DNA of 47,390 bases, taken from the NCBI GenBank assembly GCA_051277905.1, contig JBNMQI010000003.1, positions 1-47,390 on the forward strand. The letters are read 5' to 3'. Under the pieces are notes generated by a model. The model was given only the letters and a program-made list of their open reading frames with translations. It did no database searches and was not told the origin of the DNA. This document shows, piece after piece, positions 9,192-19,988 of the stretch; position 1 is the first letter of the stretch; each line of letters starts with the position of its first letter. The stretch is from Gammaproteobacteria bacterium. GTDB lineage: Bacteria > Pseudomonadota > Gammaproteobacteria > GCA-001735895. The position numbers were made by a program, and so were the translations under genes.

Positions 9192-10310
9192 GTGAATAAT
9201 AACCAGAGATTCGATATTACCGACAGTCGTCCAACCATGAAAGCGGTCGTGACAACCGGTGTTGGTGGTTATGAACGGCTGGAATATTGCGATGTACCGA
9301 TGCCTGAATTAAGTGCCGGAGAGGTGTTAATTCAAGTGCTTGCGGCGGGTGTTAATAATACTGAAATTAATACCCGACTCGGCTGGTATTCGGATTCAGT
9401 GACGACTGGCACTGAGCAGGCATCTAGTGCTGAAAGCGACGATGAAACGAATGATATAGCCGATGGCGGATGGAATGAGTCAACGCCTTTCCCATTTATT
9501 CAAGGTACTGATTGTTGTGGCCGAGTCGTGAAAACAGCTTCTAGTGAGTTTGAATCTCTAATAGGTTGTCGCGTTTTAGTCCGCGCTTGTATGCGTTCGA
9601 AAGGATTTGATTCGCTTGAAAACCGATGGATGGGTTCAGACTTTGACGGCGCATTTGCACAATACGTGGTGGTACCCGTTAGTGAGGTTTTTAAAATTGA
9701 CTGTGACTGGAACGATGCCGAACTAGCAACTATTCCCTGTGCTTACGGCACCGCAGAGAACATGGTTCACCGCGCCAGCGTTACCAGTGCCGATACGGTA
9801 CTAGTTACCGGTGCTTCGGGTGGCGTTGGGTCAGCGGTGGTGCAGTTGGTTAAGCGCCGTGGCGCAAGGGTTATTGCGTTATCGAGTGCCTCTAAGTTTG
9901 ACCATTTGCAACAATTGGGTGTTGATCAAATACTAGATAGAGGTGACGATTTAACTCAGGTGTTAGGTGATCGTTCGGTCGATGTGGCATTTGACAATGT
10001 CGCAGGTGAAGGCTTTGGGTCAATATTAAAAGTGTTGAAGCCGGGCGGCCGATACGCCTCTTCTGGTGCGATCGCTGGACCACTGGTGACGCTAGACATG
10101 CGTCATTTTTACCTGAAGGATTTGAATCTTATTGGTTGCACAGCTTGGGATGAAGCCGTGTTTCCGAATTTGATTTCGTACATAGAAAGAGGGGAGATTA
10201 AGCCACTAGTTGCGAGGACGTTTGCCTTAAAAGATATGGCTCAGGCACAGCAACTGTTTTTAGAAAAAAACCATTTTGGTAACTTTGTTCTTGTACCATC
10301 GGCCGACTAG
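9192..10310 (+). CDS. MDR superfamily NAD(P)-dependent oxidoreductase, probably Zn-independent
   Basis: GroES-like N-terminus, Rossmann motif VTGASGGVG and C-terminal GNFVL. GVNNTE and QGTD replace the catalytic-Zn GxCxxD and GHE motifs. GTG start with AGGA upstream. Confidence 0.85.
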   Translation: MNNNQRFDITDSRPTMKAVVTTGVGGYERLEYCDVPMPELSAGEVLIQVLAAGVNNTEINTRLGWYSDSVTTGTEQASSAESDDETNDIADGGWNESTPFPFIQGTDCCGRVVKTASSEFESLIGCRVLVRACMRSKGFDSLENRWMGSDFDGAFAQYVVVPVSEVFKIDCDWNDAELATIPCAYGTAENMVHRASVTSADTVLVTGASGGVGSAVVQLVKRRGARVIALSSASKFDHLQQLGVDQILDRGDDLTQVLGDRSVDVAFDNVAGEGFGSILKVLKPGGRYASSGAIAGPLVTLDMRHFYLKDLNLIGCTAWDEAVFPNLISYIERGEIKPLVARTFALKDMAQAQQLFLEKNHFGNFVLVPSAD

Positions 10311-10339
10311 CGCTATTGCTTGATTGATGCGGTAAATAA

Positions 10340-11269
10340 CTAATATTGCTCTGCAATATAAATAAATAAAGGAAGTGTCACGAACGATACGATCACTTGA
10401 AAAGTGAGAATGTTGGACATCAATTCGGCATTGCCGCCCATTTTGCGCGCCATCACATAGGCCGATGCAGCGGTGGGTACTGCACCAGCAATAATAGCGA
10501 CTGTGCGAGGTAAACCTTCTAACCCAACTAACGAGGCTATGCCGATAACCATCAGCGGCATACCGATTAGACGAATTAAAACGCCAACAGTGACTAACAG
10601 TTTATCTCCGCTAATTAGATCCAGTCTCAACCCAGCACCGACAGCCAGTAACGTTAGCCCCAAAGCACCGTTACCAATGATGTCGATAGTATTAAAAAGG
10701 ATATCTGGCATGCCAGTCCAGTTTAGAGCCAGTCCAACGCCACAAGCGATAATCAGCGGGTTGGTGATAATGCGAAATAATATTTGTCGACCATTGGCAA
10801 CGCTGCTGTTGCTGCCATAAATTGTCAGCACAATCACATTAGCGATATTAAGCACTGGCACCATAATGGCTAGGGCCAGTGCCGCCAGTGTAATACCAGG
10901 ATCACCGTAAAGTGGCCCAATAATAGCCAGCGCAACAAAACCATGAAACCGCGTTGCGCCTTGGAATAAGCTGCTAAAAGTGGGGCCGCTATTGGGGTAT
11001 CGAGATCTTAGTAGGTGATGCATTAAAATCAGTAGAAAAGACATGCCTGCAATAGCCGATATTAATACCAGCATGAAGTCGAGCACAGGAACACTGTTTA
11101 AGTTAGCTCGACTTAAAGTACGAACGATGAGAAAAGGAAGTAGTAAATAGAAGCACATGTGCTCTATTGCTGACCAGACCTGCTCACCGGCCACTCGAGT
11201 CCGAAACATTAAATGTCCCAGCGCTATGATAAGAAAAATCGGTGCAATAGCACTTAGCGTAGTGATCAA
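10340..11269 (-). CDS. AEC (auxin efflux carrier / Mem_trans) family transporter
   Basis: About 10 hydrophobic helices; NPLIIA and VPTAASAYVMARKMGG motifs. Confidence 0.88.
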   Translation of the reverse strand: MITTLSAIAPIFLIIALGHLMFRTRVAGEQVWSAIEHMCFYLLLPFLIVRTLSRANLNSVPVLDFMLVLISAIAGMSFLLILMHHLLRSRYPNSGPTFSSLFQGATRFHGFVALAIIGPLYGDPGITLAALALAIMVPVLNIANVIVLTIYGSNSSVANGRQILFRIITNPLIIACGVGLALNWTGMPDILFNTIDIIGNGALGLTLLAVGAGLRLDLISGDKLLVTVGVLIRLIGMPLMVIGIASLVGLEGLPRTVAIIAGAVPTAASAYVMARKMGGNAELMSNILTFQVIVSFVTLPLFIYIAEQY

Positions 11270-11350
11270 TTAATTGTCCTTTTAGTTAGCTGTCAGCGTT
11301 AACAAGCACTAGCAATCGCGCTGTAGTATAAATTGTAAAATTATCTTCCA

Positions 11351-12937
11351 CTAGTTTGTGCTCGAATATGGCTTGATTGCTCGCCAGCTAAATAAAGCAG
11401 ATGAATCTTTTATAGTCTCGAACTGACGCTTAAATTTAGCTGCTAGCAGCGGTGGTGCTAACTCTGGGCTACCAAAAGCAGAAAACAACGAATATTCCGA
11501 CCCAGCACTTTTTTCACCTCCGATGAAGCTGCTGCCCGAGTCATCACAAAGGGTCCTCAGGGTGCAAACAAATTCATCTCGAAGGCTATGAATGTCGACA
11601 ATTGCTTGTTGATAAGCCTCAGCATCGTCACTGGCGAGTGTGATACGGTTATGAGGATCAACACCACAAGGATTGAGATGCCCATAAACAATAATCTGAC
11701 CCGTGAGTTCGGTATGAGACTTGATGTACTGATCAACTGATTTAACGTAATTTTGATTGGCTCGCCAAAGTTGATCCATCGCGTCAGCGACGCAGTCTTG
11801 ATTGAGCCTAATGTTAATGTCAGTGTGATATTTAAAAATAAAACGTCCCTTAGGTGCTTGAGTGCGAGCTGCAAATGGGACACCTTCGCGCACCGCTCGC
11901 ATTTGATCCGGGTCTTTGAATATTTCAGTGTGATCAAGTGCAATGCTGGCAATGGTCAATTCGTCTGCATCAATATCATCGACCAGCTCAAATAAAAATT
12001 CATCAACAGGTAAGTGACTATAGCCATTAACAAAAATTAGACCGTCTGCATTAGCAGCTCGGCAGTTTGCTTGCAATTGTTTAGCGCGTGTCGTGAGTGC
12101 ATTATCGCCACTGGCTACAAACGGTTGCATGGCATCGATGGTGATATGCTCAAGGCCCAATATCAAATTGGTGCCGCCATCGTTTGAGAATACTTTTCCA
12201 TTATCGATCTTTAGGTAACAAAATGATGATAAATGTTGGAGTAGTCTAGATAGCTCGACGGGTGAATTATTAACCGGAATTGCAAATGCAATTTCAACGG
12301 CTGGCAGCTCAACATAGGTGCAGCAAACTGCCGACACTATCCCAGTCCAACCGTAAGTGCCTGCATAATTGTTTAGCTTGTCACCATCGATACTAAGTAA
12401 ATAATCACCATTATGTAGCGATACTTCTATCACGCTATCGCTAAAGTAACGTCGTTGAGGTCCCATACCTCCAGTCATAAAAGTGGCGCCCACTTGGGCA
12501 TAGGTATAACTGGTTAAATCGGCGCCTAGGACTTTAAATTGTCTACCGAGTTCGTTGCTTAATACCTCATTGAGTTGTGCCAGAGTGACTGCACTGCCGG
12601 CGTAGATTTTGTGTTGTTGTTCATCGATGATAATGTCATCTAGCCCGACTGTAGTAATGTCAACTTGACTAGAACGTGCGACTTGAGGCGCGCTAGTGGT
12701 GCACAGCTGGATGCCAATGACTTGTTTATCTTCCGGCTTTTCGACTTGAAATACGCCACCACCACCAGAGACCGACGATAATGGCAGTAGACAAAAATCA
12801 GGTCGATGAACCTGTTTGATCTGCTCTATCGCGTTGACTAAATCATGACCCTTGATCGAATAAATACAATCCAACGCGACAGCGGTATTTTCACCATCAA
12901 CAATTTCGGGGTTTATCGAATGAAGCTTTATAGACAT
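11351..12937 (-). CDS. Divergent FAD-binding oxidoreductase (VAO/PCMH fold, 2-hydroxyacid dehydrogenase-like)
   Basis: AGSAVTLAQLN, AQVGATFMTGGMG and GTYGWTGIVS resemble FAD_binding_4 motifs. C-terminal YGHL...PHN and GGEKSAG resemble GH..DGNLH and EHGxG. Start at 12937 preferred. Confidence 0.65.
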   Translation of the reverse strand: MSIKLHSINPEIVDGENTAVALDCIYSIKGHDLVNAIEQIKQVHRPDFCLLPLSSVSGGGGVFQVEKPEDKQVIGIQLCTTSAPQVARSSQVDITTVGLDDIIIDEQQHKIYAGSAVTLAQLNEVLSNELGRQFKVLGADLTSYTYAQVGATFMTGGMGPQRRYFSDSVIEVSLHNGDYLLSIDGDKLNNYAGTYGWTGIVSAVCCTYVELPAVEIAFAIPVNNSPVELSRLLQHLSSFCYLKIDNGKVFSNDGGTNLILGLEHITIDAMQPFVASGDNALTTRAKQLQANCRAANADGLIFVNGYSHLPVDEFLFELVDDIDADELTIASIALDHTEIFKDPDQMRAVREGVPFAARTQAPKGRFIFKYHTDINIRLNQDCVADAMDQLWRANQNYVKSVDQYIKSHTELTGQIIVYGHLNPCGVDPHNRITLASDDAEAYQQAIVDIHSLRDEFVCTLRTLCDDSGSSFIGGEKSAGSEYSLFSAFGSPELAPPLLAAKFKRQFETIKDSSALFSWRAIKPYSSTN

Positions 12938-13130
12938 TTCATACCTAGCTAAAAAAGTTGACGCATTATATAGGCTTGTTGCAATCAAAGGGATTTGTTC
13001 TCACTAATCAATAGCAAAATATATAATATCAAAATGATATTCATGTCCCTAAAGTCAGTGCTTATTTAGCGATCACAATCAGTAGGGCATCTTTAGGTTG
13101 TTATTATCTAACGGGCGCCACTACATTTTT

Positions 13131-13154
13131 AAAAAGGCTTATACCTAAGCCCTT
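13131..13154 (-). terminator. Possible intrinsic terminator downstream of ureG
   Basis: Minus strand reads GGCTTA-ggta-TAAGCC-TTTTT, about 160 nt after the ureG stop. The stem is short. Confidence 0.4.
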
Positions 13155-13314
13155 TGGCTAACATAGGCAAGTTCCAAATAAATCGACATTGTGATGAATG
13201 GCAAAATCTATCAGAGGTTTCGGCAGTATTTCAGACTGATCTGGCTAGTAATTTGGTCGGATAGTATTTAGTCTGTTCATCCGTACATTCTATTATTTGC
13301 GCTATCTTGATCCG

Positions 13315-13923
13315 TCACAGCATGCCTTGGTCAATGATGAATTCAATCACTCGAGTAAGGCCAGTATCGTCTTTCAAGTTGGTAAAGACATAGGGTCTGT
13401 CGCCACGCATACGCTTAGTGTCTGTTTCCATCACTTCCAGTGAAGCGCCAACATAGGGCGCGAGATCAATTTTGTTAATGACTAACAAATCGGACCGAGT
13501 TATGCCTGGGCCGCCCTTGCGGGGGATTTTCTCACCCTCGGCCACATCGATAACGTAGATCATCAGGTCTGCTAATTCTGGGCTGAAGGTGGCCGATAAA
13601 TTATCGCCGCCACTTTCAATAAAGACGACATCAAGGTTGCCATGGAGTTCGCTTAAATCCTGAACTGCAGCAAGATTCATAGACGCATCTTCACGAATTG
13701 CTGTATGAGGGCAACCACCTGTCTCGACACCGACAATACGATCGGCATCAAGCGCCCCACTTCGAACCAGAAACTCGGCATCTTCACGGGTATAGATATC
13801 ATTGGTAACCACCGCAATTTGATAGGTATCACGCATAATTTTGCAGAGTCGATCGAGCAATGCAGTTTTACCTGATCCAACTGGGCCGCCGATACCCACT
13901 CTTAAGGGTGCTTTGTTTGACAT
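13315..13923 (-). CDS. ureG: Urease accessory GTPase UreG
   Basis: [20 protein letters not shown] and NKID motifs. Confidence 0.98.
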   Translation of the reverse strand: MSNKAPLRVGIGGPVGSGKTALLDRLCKIMRDTYQIAVVTNDIYTREDAEFLVRSGALDADRIVGVETGGCPHTAIREDASMNLAAVQDLSELHGNLDVVFIESGGDNLSATFSPELADLMIYVIDVAEGEKIPRKGGPGITRSDLLVINKIDLAPYVGASLEVMETDTKRMRGDRPYVFTNLKDDTGLTRVIEFIIDQGML

Positions 13924-13932
13924 AATTTTTAC

Positions 13933-14616
13933 CTAAGAACGAAAAAGCCGGGTGTATTGGGTTTCGTGCTGAGCGCTGGCAATAGCAAGTGCCATAGAAG
14001 AAGCACCGATGTCATCTTCTGCAACATCACGAGCCTGTTTTATAATAATTGGGATGATTGATGCTAGTTTGAAAACTGTTTTTTGCCCATCCGTTTGGCC
14101 AAGAGGAATGATTTTGACTGCCGACAACACTAGATTTTCTAGCCAGCTCCAGAGGAACCCATAAGCCGCTGCATCATATTCAATATTCCAGCGTTGACAA
14201 GCAAAACTGTAACAAGCGGTCTGCGTGCGCCATAACGTTGAATCAACCTGACGAGCCTCAGGAATGAGCGACACTAACAATTGTTTAAAGGCCCGCGCGC
14301 GATTGGTTTCTTCCAAGCGCAGTTCCTCTGTCTCTCGATTAGCCATTAGATATTCATTCCAATTACGAAGACAATCAAAATCTGGCGCTACCCAGGCATC
14401 AAGCATTCGGCACAATATGGGTAATTCAAGATACAACATATTGGTATTTAACAGTCCTTCCAGCCAATCATACAAATCATCGGCGGTGCTGATCCATCCT
14501 GCGTCAACTGCCCACTCAATGCCTTGTGAATAGGAGTATCCGCCGATCGGTAACGAGGGACTTATCAGCTGCATTAGTCTCGCCAATGCTAAGTCGTCAC
14601 GTAACTCAATGCTCAT
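13933..14616 (-). CDS. ureF: Urease accessory protein UreF
   Basis: SPSLPIGGYSYSQGIE, PLGQTDGQ and C-terminal HETQYTRLFRS. Start at 14616 gives an 11-nt overlap with ureE. Confidence 0.96.
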   Translation of the reverse strand: MSIELRDDLALARLMQLISPSLPIGGYSYSQGIEWAVDAGWISTADDLYDWLEGLLNTNMLYLELPILCRMLDAWVAPDFDCLRNWNEYLMANRETEELRLEETNRARAFKQLLVSLIPEARQVDSTLWRTQTACYSFACQRWNIEYDAAAYGFLWSWLENLVLSAVKIIPLGQTDGQKTVFKLASIIPIIIKQARDVAEDDIGASSMALAIASAQHETQYTRLFRS

Positions 14617-15052
14617 GATGTGAATGTCCACTGCCGTGATAAGCCCCAGTTTCGGGTTCAAAAGGTGCTTCTTCACAAATCACAGTTAATCCAAGCCCAG
14701 CTAACATTTCATCAAGCACGTGGTCATGCTGGTAACGAATAAACCCCACATCGATTTGTAATGTGATATGTCGATTCCCCAGGTGATAACAAGCACGAGC
14801 CACCAATAGCGGATCGGTTACAAAAACGGTGCTAACCGATTCATTTTCACACCGTACTTCTACGACTTCACCCGTTTCAGCAACAATCTTATCGTGGTTT
14901 TTCAAAATGCTGCCGCGCGGTAGAAACAATCCTGCTGGTTCACCATTGTCTAATTTGATTTTCAAACGAGACTTTACACGCTGTTCATAGCTTAAGGTGA
15001 CAGTGCTTATAATGACGTGCTCGCCTTGTGTAATTTGAATAAATGTCAGCAT
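14606..15052 (-). CDS. ureE: Urease nickel chaperone UreE
   Basis: YHLGNRH, DHVL and PFEPE.GAY motifs, with His tail HGSGHSHHEH. Confidence 0.96.
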   Translation of the reverse strand: MLTFIQITQGEHVIISTVTLSYEQRVKSRLKIKLDNGEPAGLFLPRGSILKNHDKIVAETGEVVEVRCENESVSTVFVTDPLLVARACYHLGNRHITLQIDVGFIRYQHDHVLDEMLAGLGLTVICEEAPFEPETGAYHGSGHSHHEH

Positions 15053-15056
15053 CGAA

Positions 15057-16760
15057 TTAAAACAAAAAATATTTTTGGGTTAAAGGTAGTTCGCTTGCTG
15101 GTTCGCAAACTAACAACTCTCCATCGGCATGAACTTGATAGGTCTGTGCATTCACGGTAATTGTGGGCTGATAACTATTTAGTATCATTGAGGCTTTGGT
15201 TATATTTCGACAATTCGATACCTTGCCAATCATGGAAGCTAGTTTTAACTGATCAGGAATATTGGCTTCTATAGCGGCTGCAGATAAAAATGTCATGCGG
15301 GTAGCGTTACGTGCCTTGCCTAAAGAACCAAACATATGACGATAGTGCACGGGTTGTGGCGTTGGTATTGATGCATTGGGATCACCCATTGGTGCTGCGA
15401 CAATCATACCGCCCTTGATAATCATCGCTGGCTTAGTTCCAAAAAATGCGGGTTTCCACAAAACTAGGTCCGCCATTTTGCCAATTTCGATGGAACCCAC
15501 TTCGTGTGAAATACCGTGGGTAATGGCAGGATTAATGGTGTATTTTGCGATGTAACGCCTAACCCGATAATTATCAGATTTGTCCTTATCACCCTCAAGG
15601 CTTCCGCGCTGAACTTTCATTTTATGCGCTGTTTGCCAGGTGCGAATGATGACTTCACCCACTCGTCCCATGGCTTGTGAATCAGAAGCAATCATTGAAA
15701 AAGCGCCCTTGTCATGCAGAATATCTTCTGCTGCAATAGTTTCACGCCGAATTCTCGACTCTGCAAAAGAAACATCTTCTGCTATATTGGGGTCGAGGTG
15801 GTGACAAACCATCAGCATGTCGAGATGTTCATCGACCGTGTTAATAGTGTAAGGCCGTGTGGGGTTTGTCGATGAGGGCAGTATATTTGAATAACCTGCC
15901 GCCTTAATAATGTCGGGCGCATGACCACCGCCAGCACCCTCAGTATGATAGGTATGAATAGTGCGACCCTTCATTGCCCTAAATGTATCCTCTACGAAAC
16001 CCGATTCGTTAAGGGTGTCGGTGTGAATTGCAACTTGGACATCCATTGCGTCTGCTACTGATAGGCAGTTGTCTATAGCGGCAGGTGTTGTACCCCAGTC
16101 TTCGTGCAGTTTTAACCCGATGGCACCCGCCGCCACCTGTTCTTCTAACGCTGCGGGTAAACTTGCGTTGCCCTTACCAAGTAAACCAATATTGACAGGT
16201 AACTCATCCGCAGCTTCCAGCATACGATAAATGTTCCATGGCCCCGGAGTACAGGTTGTCGCATTGGTGCCGGTGGCTGGACCCGTGCCACCACCGAGCA
16301 TGGTGGTTACGCCCGACATTAACGCATCATCAACCTGTTGTGGACAAATCATATGAATATGAGAATCAACGCCGCCAGCGGTTAAAATTTGGCCTTCGCC
16401 AGCAATGGCTTCGCTACCGGGTCCGACAACAATATTCACCCCTGGCTGAGTATCGGGATTGCCCGCTTTTCCTATGCCAGTGATGCGACCGTCTTTGATG
16501 CCAATATCGGCTTTGATAATCCCCCAGTGATCAACGATTAAAGCATTAGTTATGACCACATCGACGGTTTCAGCTGATACTCGTTGGCTCTGTCCCATAC
16601 CATCTCGAATGACCTTGCCACCGCCAAACTTAACTTCATCTCCATAAATGGTTTTGTCATCTTCAACTTCAATCCAGAGTTCAGTATCGCCAAGGCGCAC
16701 CCGATCACCGGTAGTTGGGCCATACATTTCGGCATAGGCTTTTCTACTAATCGTGGCCAT
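15057..16760 (-). CDS. ureC: Urease subunit alpha
   Basis: Active-site motifs intact: [36 protein letters not shown] and SDSQAMGR. Confidence 0.99.
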   Translation of the reverse strand: MATISRKAYAEMYGPTTGDRVRLGDTELWIEVEDDKTIYGDEVKFGGGKVIRDGMGQSQRVSAETVDVVITNALIVDHWGIIKADIGIKDGRITGIGKAGNPDTQPGVNIVVGPGSEAIAGEGQILTAGGVDSHIHMICPQQVDDALMSGVTTMLGGGTGPATGTNATTCTPGPWNIYRMLEAADELPVNIGLLGKGNASLPAALEEQVAAGAIGLKLHEDWGTTPAAIDNCLSVADAMDVQVAIHTDTLNESGFVEDTFRAMKGRTIHTYHTEGAGGGHAPDIIKAAGYSNILPSSTNPTRPYTINTVDEHLDMLMVCHHLDPNIAEDVSFAESRIRRETIAAEDILHDKGAFSMIASDSQAMGRVGEVIIRTWQTAHKMKVQRGSLEGDKDKSDNYRVRRYIAKYTINPAITHGISHEVGSIEIGKMADLVLWKPAFFGTKPAMIIKGGMIVAAPMGDPNASIPTPQPVHYRHMFGSLGKARNATRMTFLSAAAIEANIPDQLKLASMIGKVSNCRNITKASMILNSYQPTITVNAQTYQVHADGELLVCEPASELPLTQKYFLF

Positions 16761-17387
16761 TTATTCTACCTTTCCCATGACTTGTGCGTTAAAGCCATAA
16801 ATCATTTGATCGCCGGCGTATTCAACCAAAACTACTTGACGATGCTGGCCTGGCTCAAACCTGACCGCCGTACCAGCAGGGATGTCGAGCCGATATCCTC
16901 GAGTCTGATTACGCTCAAATTTAAGGGCACTATTAGTCTCAAAGAAATGATAGTGTGAACCAATCTGAATCGGTCGGTCGCCGGTATTAGCCACGTCGAT
17001 CTCGACTTTTTTTCGTCCTGCATTCAGTTCAATGTCACCTGCCATGGTAATAACTTCACCTGCCAGTAATTGTGGCGCCTTATTAGTCACAATTGGTTCA
17101 TGCACAGTAACAAGCTTGGTACCGTCAGGAAAAGTGGCTTCGACTTGAACATCGTGAATCATTTCTGCAACGCCATCCATAACATCGTCACCGTTCAATA
17201 AAGTACGCCCAAAATCCATTAGGTCCGCAACTGTCCTACCATCGCGTGCACCTTCCATGATCGCGGCACTGATAAAGGCAACGGCTTCTGGGTAGTTTAG
17301 TCTCAAACCTCTGGCCATTCGACGCTCTGCCAGCAAGGCGGCTGTAAAAAGCATTAGCTTGTCTTTTTCTCTTGGTGTTAATTCCAT
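16761..17387 (-). CDS. ureAB: Fused urease gamma/beta subunit
   Basis: Gamma domain ([11 protein letters not shown]...[17 protein letters not shown]) continues in frame into the beta domain ([30 protein letters not shown]). Confidence 0.96.
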   Translation of the reverse strand: MELTPREKDKLMLFTAALLAERRMARGLRLNYPEAVAFISAAIMEGARDGRTVADLMDFGRTLLNGDDVMDGVAEMIHDVQVEATFPDGTKLVTVHEPIVTNKAPQLLAGEVITMAGDIELNAGRKKVEIDVANTGDRPIQIGSHYHFFETNSALKFERNQTRGYRLDIPAGTAVRFEPGQHRQVVLVEYAGDQMIYGFNAQVMGKVE

Positions 17388-17426
17388 AGATCGCTCATTT
17401 GTTTAATAATGTTGAAATGAAACTAG

Positions 17427-18260
17427 TCAGGTTTTCCATATCCGTGGATAACAGGCTTCGCGCTCCAACAGCAAAGGCCGCAACCGTTCCCAAAGGCCAA
17501 TAAAATACGCATCCACATCACTGGTACTATCACCTAGGTATCGGCAAATGAGCAAAAGTGGCTGTGGTTGTGAAATGCCAGCCAGCCCATTACCCGGTTT
17601 TATTTTTTGGAGGTCTCGTAACACAGACTTTTCGAGATCAATGCCATAAATTATAAAGCTACCCATCACTGGGTATTTACGCATACCACTTGTTCTCTGT
17701 AACTCTTCTGCATTGACACGTTGTGTCTCGCTAAACAGTAACTTTCCTTCACTGCGTAATTGTATTTTTGAATATAAATTTCCGGTGCAAAAACGTTCCT
17801 TGATTGAGGGCCTTCCAAAGCAGTGTTTCTCCCAAAGCATGACACGGCCACCGGACTCAATGTTTATTGAGGTGTTGCTGCGAACCTGTGCACCAGGAAA
17901 ATATATATTTTCCTGCGGTAAAAATTCTAGCTCAGCATCACTCGCCACATAAAATTGCTGAGTAACATGAGCGGTATCGGCAGCGCTCAAATAATACTTG
18001 GCTGCACCGGGTGTGGTAATCAGCGCATAGGTAGTTTCCTTGCACGCCACCTGCAGATCTAACCGGTCACCACCAACAATGCCTCCAGGTGGATGCAACA
18101 TGTAGACATGGCAGCATGCCTGCTCAGGATAAAATGGGCGCTGCACTGTTAAAGGCCCGTAACGTTTAATTGGCACCAGATGTGTTCTGTCCTGGCCATA
18201 ACGCAGTTCAAGCTTTAGTAAAGCTTCCCAGTTTTGTGATTTTAAATCAGTTTTAACCAT
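17427..18260 (-). CDS. ureD: Urease accessory protein UreD
   Basis: GPLTVQRPFYPE, HPPGGIVGGD, TTPGAAK, LPQENI and C-terminal PRIWKT. Confidence 0.95.
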   Translation of the reverse strand: MVKTDLKSQNWEALLKLELRYGQDRTHLVPIKRYGPLTVQRPFYPEQACCHVYMLHPPGGIVGGDRLDLQVACKETTYALITTPGAAKYYLSAADTAHVTQQFYVASDAELEFLPQENIYFPGAQVRSNTSINIESGGRVMLWEKHCFGRPSIKERFCTGNLYSKIQLRSEGKLLFSETQRVNAEELQRTSGMRKYPVMGSFIIYGIDLEKSVLRDLQKIKPGNGLAGISQPQPLLLICRYLGDSTSDVDAYFIGLWERLRPLLLEREACYPRIWKT

Positions 18261-18455
18261 TAATCGTTTCTAACGAATTGTTGTTTTCTAAACTTTCTTA
18301 ATACGACCGTCATAATGATTGCTCTATTCATAATCACAACAACTACCAATGTCACTGTAAAACCATATCATCATGTCCGAGATGGCTTACCCTAATAAAT
18401 AGTATCAGTAACAACAGAACTTTTATAATTGGGTTTATTTTAATGTTTGCAGTGG

Positions 18456-19151
18456 TTATACCGTTAAATACTTTTTAATTAAACCATCACTCAATTCACT
18501 GATCGGGCCTTCTGCTGCCTTGCGACCACGATCGAGGATAGTGAAGTTATCTGCTATACGTCGGACAATGGGTAACTTTTGTTCGACTAATAAAACTGTG
18601 ACCCCTAAATCATGACTGAGTTGTTTAATGATGTCGCCAATTTCCTGAACAATATTGGGTTGTATGCCTTCAGTCGGTTCATCCAGTATCAAAAGTTTAG
18701 GGTCGATGCCTAGCGCTCGACCAATAGCAAGTTGCTGTTGTTGACCGCCTGACAGATCACCACCCCGTCTATCTAGCATGTCAGCAAGCACTGGGAATAA
18801 TTCAAATATAAAATCAGGTATTGTCTTGGACTTGTCGGCGCGAGCCGATAAACCAATCTGCAAATTTTCTCTTACTGTGAGCAATGGGAAAATTTGTCGG
18901 CCTTGGGGCACATAACCAATACCAAGTGATGCGCGTTTTTCAGCGTTCACCTTTGTTATATCCATCTCGCAGTAGCTTATGCTGCCCGTACGTATCGGCT
19001 GTAACCCCATAATACAGTTGAGTAATGTTGTCTTTCCGACGCCGTTACGCCCCATTAGGCAATTACACTTGCCTGTTTCAAGTTTAATATCAATATCCCA
19101 GAGCGTATGGCTTTGTGAATAGAACTGATTGAGCTGGTTGATTTTTAGCAT
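18456..19151 (-). CDS. urtE: Urea ABC transporter ATP-binding subunit UrtE
   Basis: GRNGVGKTT, YVPQGRQIFP, LSGGQQQQL and DEPTEGIQP motifs. Confidence 0.95.
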   Translation of the reverse strand: MLKINQLNQFYSQSHTLWDIDIKLETGKCNCLMGRNGVGKTTLLNCIMGLQPIRTGSISYCEMDITKVNAEKRASLGIGYVPQGRQIFPLLTVRENLQIGLSARADKSKTIPDFIFELFPVLADMLDRRGGDLSGGQQQQLAIGRALGIDPKLLILDEPTEGIQPNIVQEIGDIIKQLSHDLGVTVLLVEQKLPIVRRIADNFTILDRGRKAAEGPISELSDGLIKKYLTV

Positions 19152-19157
19152 GATTGT

Positions 19158-19988
19158 TTATTCACCTAAATAAACCGCTACAACGTCTGGATTGGATTGA
19201 ACCTGCTCCATGCTACCCTCAGCTAAGACACGACCCTGATGCAATACCGTAACTTGACCGGCTATAGAGCGAACGAAGTCAATATCATGTTCAACCACAA
19301 CGACGGTATGCTCACCGGCGAGGGCATTTAACAATTCTGCTGTTTTTTCCATCTCCTGATGTGTCATACCTGACACTGGCTCATCAACCAGTAACAAGCG
19401 TGGTTTCTGCATCACCAACATGGCTATTTCAAGCCACTGTTTCTGGCCATGAGACAGCAGCGCTGCACGCAACTGTTTCATCTCAATCAATCCAGCCTGT
19501 AATAGAATCTCATCGATTCGATCAACATCTTCGCCACAAAGTTGTGCAGTCAAGGTATGCCAGACACGTTTATTACAGGCCAACGCCAACTCGAGGTTTT
19601 CAAACACGGTATGCTGTTCAAAAACGGTTGGTTTTTGGAATTTTCGTCCAACCCCTAGCTGTGCAATTTCTGACTCGTTGTAATCTAATAAATTAATATT
19701 CTGACCAAGATAAACACTACCACTATCAGGACGATTTTTCCCGGTAATGATATCCATCAAAGAGGTTTTTCCAGCCCCATTTGGGCCGATGATGCAACGT
19801 AGCTCACCTTCTTTGAGATACAGATTTAGCTTGTCGATAGCTTTGAACCCATCAAAGCTGACGGATAGATCCTCGATATATAGAATGTCACCTTTGGTCG
19901 TATCAATTTCTATTTTTTCAACAGGAAGCAAAAACTTGAAAACTCGATCTTGACGAATGAAGCTAGCTATCTTTGGTTGACTAATCAA
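19158..19988 (-). CDS. urtD: Urea ABC transporter ATP-binding subunit UrtD
   Basis: GPNGAGKT, GRKFQKP, LSHGQKQWLEI and VYLG motifs. Confidence 0.95.
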   Translation of the reverse strand: MISQPKIASFIRQDRVFKFLLPVEKIEIDTTKGDILYIEDLSVSFDGFKAIDKLNLYLKEGELRCIIGPNGAGKTSLMDIITGKNRPDSGSVYLGQNINLLDYNESEIAQLGVGRKFQKPTVFEQHTVFENLELALACNKRVWHTLTAQLCGEDVDRIDEILLQAGLIEMKQLRAALLSHGQKQWLEIAMLVMQKPRLLLVDEPVSGMTHQEMEKTAELLNALAGEHTVVVVEHDIDFVRSIAGQVTVLHQGRVLAEGSMEQVQSNPDVVAVYLGE

